NCBI GenBank assembly: GCA_016188475.1
Contig: JACPHT010000007.1
Span: 80,467 to 144,466 of the forward strand
DNA from: Candidatus Uhrbacteria bacterium
GTDB taxonomy: Bacteria; Patescibacteriota; Patescibacteriia; UBA9934; GWF2-40-263
Length of the DNA: 64,000 nucleotides
Direction of reading: 5' to 3'
Position numbers and translations under genes: made by a program. Below are positions 58,046 to 64,000 of this stretch, one piece after another (within the stretch, counting starts at the first letter, position 1; every line of letters starts with the position of its first letter). The notes beneath the pieces are model-generated. The model did not search any database, was not told the origin of the DNA, and saw only the letters and a list, made by a program, of their open reading frames with translations.

Positions 58046-58137
58046 AAAAATTTATCTCCTGAGCCTGTCGAAGGAATAAATTTTAGAACAGTTCATCTTT
58101 ATCCCTTCGACAAGCTCAGGGAATAACGACGTTTCGT
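58046..58137. repeat. REP doublet (cargo-free form of the 3587-3760 element, reversed)
   Basis: Reverse complement reproduces both ends of 3587-3760. Confidence 0.85.
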
Positions 58138-58149
58138 TTGACATTCTAT

Positions 58150-58395
58150 TTATCTCCCCCTTGATGGCTGACGAACTTCTTCCTTGAGTTGTCCAATGCG
58201 TGCCAGATATTCGCGTTTTTCTCGAATCTCAATTCGTCGTAAAGCGCTTTCGCGTTGTTTATTCTTGTTTGGTTTTGAAGCACGATAGCGAAGTTTGCGC
58301 ACTTCAAGCTGTTTGCCGCTCTGTTGCAAACGGCGGCTAAATCTGCGCAATAGACTTTCAAAGCTTTCACCTTTTTTTCGTTTCACGTCGACCAT
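58150..58395 (-). CDS. rpsU: 30S ribosomal protein S21
   Basis: VKRKKGESFESLLRRFSR; upstream of yqeY. Confidence 0.88.
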   Translation of the reverse strand: MVDVKRKKGESFESLLRRFSRRLQQSGKQLEVRKLRYRASKPNKNKQRESALRRIEIREKREYLARIGQLKEEVRQPSRGR

Positions 58396-58497
58396 ATAGT
58401 TAGAAGCTAGAAGCAAGAAGAAAGAAGTTAGAGAAGCTGAAGATTTAGAATTATGTTACGGCAAGATTATGCAGGATTTGGCTCATTTTTGTCAAGT

Positions 58498-59913
58498 CTA
58501 GCTGTCCGCGACTGGAGAATATCCTTCGGTTTTCACCCCTGGATCTTTTTGAAGTTTTCGTTCAACAACAGAAACGATCTTCTTCACATCAATTGTTTCT
58601 TGAGCGCCGGATTCCATGTCGCGAATGATGATCGTCCCATCAAGCACTTCTTTTTGACCAAGAATAAGTGTGAACTGAACCCCAAGTTTGTTTGCGACTT
58701 CAAGTTGGGCTTTGAGAGCGTTTTTCCCAACCGCTTCTGAAACTATAATTCCGGATTTTCGAAATTCTTCAAACAATTTTAGACCAACGCGCCGCGCGGC
58801 ATCACCGAGTTGCGCAAAAAATACATGAGCTTTCTTGTACTGTGGAGGATCAATATTTTTATCAGAAAGCGCTCGAACAATTCGATCAATTCCAAGAGCA
58901 AAACCGCACGCAGGTGTTGGTCGCCCGCCAATTAGCTCAACAAGCCCGTCATATCGTCCACCTCCACCAAGGGCGTTTTGTGCTTTCTCGCCCTCATCAT
59001 CAGCAAGCGTAAACTCAAACACTGTGTGCGTGTAGTAATCCAAACCGCGAACCAAGTGCGAATTCAACACATACGGCATTTCAACTTCATCCAAAAATTC
59101 CAAAACTTTCATGAAATGTTCTTTTGATTTTTCATCAAGCCAATCAAGAATCTGCGGGGCATCTTTAAGAAGTTCGATCGTCTCCGGCTCTTTACTATCA
59201 AGCAGGCGCAAAGGATTTTTTTGAAGACGACGTTTGTCGTCTTCTGGAAGTCGGCTTCTGAATTGTCGAAAATACGATACAAGTTCGGCAAGATAAGCCT
59301 GACGACATTCAGGCGTTCCTATTGAGTTTATTTGAACCGAAACATCAAGCCCAAGAGTTTCAAAAATTTTCTTTCCAATCAAAATTAGCTGTGCGTCAAT
59401 GATTGGCTCACTGCTTCCAAAGACTTCAAAACCTACCTGATAAAACTGACGAAATCGTCCAGCTTGCGGACGATCGTGTCGAAACATCGGCCCTTCGTAC
59501 CAAAGTTTCACTGGCTGTGGACGCTCTATCATTCCATGTTCGATGTAAGCGCGAGCGGCCGAAGCAGTCGCCTCTGGACGAAGCGCGACAGAACGATTCG
59601 ATGGATCTGTAAAAACGTACATTTCTTTTTCAACAACATCTGTTCCTTTTCCAAGGGTGCGTAAAAACAAATCCGATCGTTCCAAAATCGGAAGATCAAT
59701 TCGATCAAAAGTGTAAGATTCCGCAAGTGAACGCATTGCGTCGCGAACAAAATTCCATCTTCCCTGCTCTTCCGGCATTATGTCGCGAAATCCGCGTAAT
59801 AATTCCGGAGCGCCTTTTGACGATTTTTTTGATTCATCTTCGTCGCCCTCCTCTGTTTCAGGTTTCTTGACCGGCGTTTGAACTGGTTTTGGTGTATTTT
59901 TTCTGAATGGCAT
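58498..59913 (-). CDS. hisS: Histidine--tRNA ligase
   Basis: RGFRD, LRPE.TA, RPQAGRFRQF, LVRGLDYY, GGGRYDGL. Confidence 0.98.
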   Translation of the reverse strand: MPFRKNTPKPVQTPVKKPETEEGDEDESKKSSKGAPELLRGFRDIMPEEQGRWNFVRDAMRSLAESYTFDRIDLPILERSDLFLRTLGKGTDVVEKEMYVFTDPSNRSVALRPEATASAARAYIEHGMIERPQPVKLWYEGPMFRHDRPQAGRFRQFYQVGFEVFGSSEPIIDAQLILIGKKIFETLGLDVSVQINSIGTPECRQAYLAELVSYFRQFRSRLPEDDKRRLQKNPLRLLDSKEPETIELLKDAPQILDWLDEKSKEHFMKVLEFLDEVEMPYVLNSHLVRGLDYYTHTVFEFTLADDEGEKAQNALGGGGRYDGLVELIGGRPTPACGFALGIDRIVRALSDKNIDPPQYKKAHVFFAQLGDAARRVGLKLFEEFRKSGIIVSEAVGKNALKAQLEVANKLGVQFTLILGQKEVLDGTIIIRDMESGAQETIDVKKIVSVVERKLQKDPGVKTEGYSPVADS

Positions 59914-59931
59914 AAATTTTTGTAAAGTCTT

Positions 59932-60030
59932 GGAGTCAAGAGAGTCTATTATGAGTCAACTAAGTCAATATGACAACGGAAATCGTTCTTCTTCAATAAC
60001 TCCGTTGACTTTATTGACTCCGTTGACTTT
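59932..60030. repeat. Inverted nonamer arrays (gagtcaa.. / ..ttgactc)
   Basis: About 4 units per arm between lepB and hisS. Confidence 0.7.
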
Positions 60031-60630
60031 TTACAAATTATATTCCGGTGGTTCGAACGTTCCGAGTCGTGAGAGTGGAAGACCGCGAATCCACACTCGA
60101 CCGATAATTCCAGCTCGCTTCACGGTTCCAAACGCGCGCGAGTCTAAACTTTCATCACGATTATCTCCAAGTAAGAAGTATTCTTTTTCTCCTAATGTTA
60201 CGCGTGTTTTTCCGTCAGTACGATCTTCAACAATATATGATTCATCTAACACTTCACCGTTTGGATGTTCTGAAGTGTAAAGAATAATTTTTCCATTTGA
60301 AATTTCTATTGTTTCACCAGGCAAACCAATTACGCGTTTTATAAAAAACTGGCTCGGATCGCGCGGATAACGAAACACAATGATCTCTCCGCGGTCTGGT
60401 TCACGAAAACGATATGACAGCTCATCTATAATAAGGTATTCATGATCGTAAAAATTTGGTTCCATTGAAGCACCTTTGACGTAAAACGGCTGAATCAAAA
60501 AATAACGTATTGGAATTATGATAGCTGCTGAAATCGCAACGATCTGCACGACTTCCAAAATAAAAAAAACGATTGAACCTGTTACCAAGCCAAAACGTTC
60601 TTGAAGATGTTGTTCAAAAGCTGGAGCCAT
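60031..60630 (-). CDS. lepB: Signal peptidase I
   Basis: GASMEP, FIKRVIGLPGE, GDNR..S.DSR. Confidence 0.97.
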   Translation of the reverse strand: MAPAFEQHLQERFGLVTGSIVFFILEVVQIVAISAAIIIPIRYFLIQPFYVKGASMEPNFYDHEYLIIDELSYRFREPDRGEIIVFRYPRDPSQFFIKRVIGLPGETIEISNGKIILYTSEHPNGEVLDESYIVEDRTDGKTRVTLGEKEYFLLGDNRDESLDSRAFGTVKRAGIIGRVWIRGLPLSRLGTFEPPEYNL

Positions 60631-60795
60631 AATTAATGTTAAACGCTAAAACTGTTTCCAGCCTATCATGGAAACGAAGTAATGACAAGAAATGGGTAGT
60701 GTATTGGTAGCCGCAGGCTTTAGCCTGCGTGAGATCATGAATTTTGCAACGGTCTCAAATCAAAAAAGCGCCAGAGCGGCGCCATGAGAGAATAT

Positions 60796-61296
60796 CTACG
60801 CGACAAGATCAGACGGTATTTCACACTCAAGAGCTCTTGAGAGTTTATCCGAGAGATTCTTGACGTTATTGTAAGTACCAGTCTCGATCCTTGTAATAAC
60901 AACTCTACATTTCCCGAGTCGCTTTGCGAGTTGTTCTTGCGTTAAATGAAGCTCAATTCTGCGTTTCGTAACGAATCTGCCAAGCGAGTTCTTCGCGCGT
61001 TTCTTTGTGAACCTAGGCACACCTTTATTGTATCCGTTTGGCGCTACCGAAACCAAATGTGACGGAACAACGAAATTGCCGAGGACTTCTTTCAAGCTAT
61101 CAAGTGTTCGTCGTCTTGGTAAATGACGTCCGACTTCGATATCCGAAAGTGTGTGTCTTGAAATACCTGCACGCGCGGCAACTTCCTTTTGAGTTAGGCC
61201 AAACTCTAGGCGTTTTGAGCGCAAAAAATTTCCGATAGTTTGAATCACAATTCCTGGTTCTGAGAAAAAGCGTTCAAGAGCATTTTTGTACCGCAT
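60796..61296 (-). CDS. Tandem XRE-family helix-turn-helix protein
   Basis: LTQKEVAARAGISRHTLSDIE and LTQEQLAKRLG..RIETG; SD ggagg. Confidence 0.88.
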   Translation of the reverse strand: MRYKNALERFFSEPGIVIQTIGNFLRSKRLEFGLTQKEVAARAGISRHTLSDIEVGRHLPRRRTLDSLKEVLGNFVVPSHLVSVAPNGYNKGVPRFTKKRAKNSLGRFVTKRRIELHLTQEQLAKRLGKCRVVITRIETGTYNNVKNLSDKLSRALECEIPSDLVA

Positions 61297-61625
61297 TGTT
61301 CCCTCCAAAAATGAATTAACACGAATAAATTAAATATGTCAACCATAGAATAGAAGTTGAAAAACTCTTTTAGGAAGCAAAATTTTATTCCCTAATCCTG
61401 TCGAATGGGTAAAATTTGGCAAATTTGTATACAGCCTTCGACAAGCTCAGGCAATAATAGAAATATTTCAACAGCCTAGAATGATAGCTTGAAACATAGA
61501 TTATTTCATGTTAAAGTCACGCCCAGATGGACGTTTAGTGCCTTCGCCACGCAAATGACGTGGCTCGGAGCTAAACGCCTCGCCTGGAAATGCACAATCC
61601 TTCGGCTTGTCCATTTCGCTCACTC

Positions 61626-61883
61626 GGACGTTTAGCTCAGCTTCCGCCAGAGGCGGACCCGCCTTTGGCGGGGGTTACAAGCCCGAATGACCGAACAATA
61701 CAAACAAAATGACATGGTGGACGTTTAGCTCAGCTGGTTAGAGCGTCGCATTCACATTGCGAAGGTCGGAGGTTCAAGTCCTCCAACGTCCACCATGTTA
61801 TTTTGAAATAGTCGTTCGGTCGTGCTGGCAGCGTCGCATTCACATTGCGAAGGTCGGAGGTTCAAGTCCTCCAACGTCCACCA
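61626..61883 (+). other. Split outer tRNA-Val copy enclosing an intact tRNA-Val
   Basis: 5' piece 61626-61642 plus GGTTA 61673-61677; 3' piece 61830-61883 identical to 61742-61795. Confidence 0.8.
61719..61795 (+). tRNA. tRNA-Val(CAC)
   Basis: GGACGTT...TCGCA-TT-CAC-AT-TGCGA...GGTTCAAGTCC...AACGTCC-ACCA. Confidence 0.96.
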
Positions 61884-61959
61884 CGCAAAAACATCGACAC
61901 GTTCGGTGTTTTTACGTTCCTTGCCTTTTTGTCATCAGACCGATAAAATAGACACGGAA

Positions 61960-63588
61960 ATGACTATGGACAAACCGAAAATAGATTTGTTGAAACAGAA
62001 GTATCAACTCAACGCTCACAAGAAGAACAACCTTCTTGTTTTTGGTCGCGCAATGATTATCGTGCTTGCGATCGGTGCTGTAATTGGGGTTTCGTTTTCA
62101 TATCGCATCAGTTCGACGACAACAAGTTCAAACGATTTTCCAAAAATTTCACTTCTTTCAACGATTCGAAATTTTGTTGATGGAGATAAATTAAAAGGAG
62201 AAGAAAACGATCGAGTAAATTTGCTTCTTATGGGAATTGGCGGCGAAGGTCATGAAGGTCCTCAACTCACGGACACGATCATCTTTGCAAGTTTCCAGCC
62301 ATCAACCGGAAAAATTGGGTTGATGTCACTTCCGCGCGACATGACAGTTCCGATTCCCGGATATGGATATCGAAAAGTTAATCACGCAAACGCACTTGGG
62401 GAAGTAGACAAAACAGGATCGGGACCGAAACTTGCATCTCAAGTCATCGGACAAGTCTTAGATGAAGATATCCAATACTATTTTCGAGTTGACTTTAATG
62501 GCTTCGCACAGCTTATAGATCAAGTCGGAGGAATTGATGTTTATGTTGAACGCGGATTCACAGATGCGCAGTATCCGGTGTTAGGAAAAGAATATGATGA
62601 GTGTGGAGGACAAAACCAAGAAGCTGGAGAGGCTAAAGAGGCTGGAGCGGAAGGCTTCAGCCTTCCAGAAGTTGAAGAAGCTAAAGAATCTGGAGAAGTT
62701 TTATTGCCTTCGACAAGCTCAGGCAATATCGCTCCAAATTATTCATGTCGCTTTGAATCTTTAACTTTTCAAGAAGGCTGGACTCACATGAACGGAGACA
62801 CGGCTCTCAAGTTTGTTCGCTCGCGACACGGAACAAACGGTGAGGGATCTGATTTTTCGCGTTCAGCTCGTCAGCAAAAAGTTCTGCTAGCGATCAAGGA
62901 TAAAGTTTTTTCTGCTTCAACATTTCTGAATCCTGTTCGTATGAATCGAATCTTTGACACTCTCAAGCAAAACATTGCTACAAATTTAGATGTGTCAGAA
63001 ATTTTGCGTCTTGCTCGCGCGATTCAAAATCTTGATTCAAATCAACTTACACACAAAGTAATTGATGCATCTGACAATTCACCTCTTTACGCAACCACGC
63101 TAAATGGATCGTTTGTTCTTCTTCCAAAAAATGATGACTGGCGACCACTTCAAAAAATGGCTGAATATATTTTTACGTCAGATTCTGGTTACGAACGTTT
63201 CGCTTCAACGCCGAATGAAAAACCAAAGTTTGTAAAAGTTGAAATTCAAAATGGGACAAACATAACAGGCCTCGCGTTTAGAGCTTCACAAATGCTCGAT
63301 GGTCAAGGTTTTGATGTAATAAAAGTTGGAAACGCAATGTCAAGAAGTTATGAGCACACAGTAATCTATGACTTGACAAACGGAGCGCGAGCGAGTGAAC
63401 TCAAGGCCTTGAGCGATTTTCTGAAAGCAGATGTGACACTTTCCGCAACTGGTTGGATGGTAAGCGGAGAAGTTGTGCCAAAGGAAATTTCAGTTACAAG
63501 TGAAGAATTTGAAAAGCTCGCTACTGAAGAAAACATTGATTTCCTGATCATTCTTGGTGAAAATTCGTCGAGCTTGGTAATGCAATAA
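61960..63588 (+). CDS. LytR-CpsA-Psr (LCP) family protein with LytR C-terminal domain
   Basis: NLLLMG, TDTII, SLPRD, FVRSRH, DFSRSARQQ, VEIQNGT...GLA. Confidence 0.93.
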   Translation: MTMDKPKIDLLKQKYQLNAHKKNNLLVFGRAMIIVLAIGAVIGVSFSYRISSTTTSSNDFPKISLLSTIRNFVDGDKLKGEENDRVNLLLMGIGGEGHEGPQLTDTIIFASFQPSTGKIGLMSLPRDMTVPIPGYGYRKVNHANALGEVDKTGSGPKLASQVIGQVLDEDIQYYFRVDFNGFAQLIDQVGGIDVYVERGFTDAQYPVLGKEYDECGGQNQEAGEAKEAGAEGFSLPEVEEAKESGEVLLPSTSSGNIAPNYSCRFESLTFQEGWTHMNGDTALKFVRSRHGTNGEGSDFSRSARQQKVLLAIKDKVFSASTFLNPVRMNRIFDTLKQNIATNLDVSEILRLARAIQNLDSNQLTHKVIDASDNSPLYATTLNGSFVLLPKNDDWRPLQKMAEYIFTSDSGYERFASTPNEKPKFVKVEIQNGTNITGLAFRASQMLDGQGFDVIKVGNAMSRSYEHTVIYDLTNGARASELKALSDFLKADVTLSATGWMVSGEVVPKEISVTSEEFEKLATEENIDFLIILGENSSSLVMQ

Positions 63589-63591
63589 TTT

Positions 63592-64000
63592 ATGCCGGAA
63601 TACAAAATCCCAACGGTTGTGCTCATCGGACGCACGAACGTTGGAAAATCTACTCTTTTTAATCGCATGTTGGAAAAACCAAAAGCGCTTGTTTCCGATA
63701 TCCCAGGGACAACACGCGATAGAAACGAAGGTGAATGTGTTTGGCGTGGAAAAACAATCAGAATAGTAGACACTGGCGGACTCGATGTTGATAAAAAAGA
63801 TGAAATCGAACGCAACACAATCATCCAAGCTCAACACGCAATGAAACAAGCTGACCTTATTCTTTTTGTTCTTGACGCTAAAATCGGCCCGCTTCCTCAA
63901 GAACACACAATGGCCATTCAACTCAACAAATCTAAAGCCCCAGTAATAGTTGTCGCAAATAAAGCAGAAACTCATGCTGAACGATCTGGTGTTCAAAGTC
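63592..64000 (+). CDS. der: Ribosome biogenesis GTPase Der (partial, runs off the window)
   Basis: Manual translation MPEYKIPTVVLIGRTNVGKSTLFNR...PGTTRDR...DTGG...VANK. Confidence 0.93.
   Translation, partial: MPEYKIPTVVLIGRTNVGKSTLFNRMLEKPKALVSDIPGTTRDRNEGECVWRGKTIRIVDTGGLDVDKKDEIERNTIIQAQHAMKQADLILFVLDAKIGPLPQEHTMAIQLNKSKAPVIVVANKAETHAERSGVQS

Noticed and set aside
60796-61883. Prophage or integrative element at tRNA-Val
   Set aside because: Only a lone XRE gene; no integrase or phage genes, and the duplicated tRNA 3' end is just 34 nt from the tRNA
3587-62728. Recurrent 17-30-bp repeats as a CRISPR array
   Set aside because: Dispersed and inverted rather than tandem with unique spacers; no cas genes seen

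Overview
Bacterial chromosomal segment with an AT-rich housekeeping backbone (smpB, tmRNA, infC-rpmI-rplT, pyk, nrdR, ftsZ-ftsA, ybeY, rpsU, hisS, lepB, der, tRNA-Asp, tRNA-Val). Gene content and style (VirB2/TrbC-like pilin-headed giant surface proteins, many starts without a Shine-Dalgarno sequence) suggest a Patescibacteria/CPR organism; this is inference. The best-supported accessory system is a complete diversity-generating retroelement (DGR) at about 54.5-57.0 kb. It has an RT, an Avd-like gene on the opposite strand between TR and RT, a 121-bp TR, and a VR in a 204-aa target with 14 of 14 mismatches at TR adenines. A C12 tract lies in the avd/RT overlap. Other notable items: a tRNA-Val nested in the D-loop of a second split tRNA-Val copy, a GC-rich island of five Asp/Cys-repeat exported proteins (one ending in a beta-barrel-like domain), a 3383-aa adhesin-like protein, and a YqeY-pilin fusion. 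Several families of dispersed palindromic or fold-back elements nest inside each other and inside genes. All alignments were done by eye and no database searches were run.
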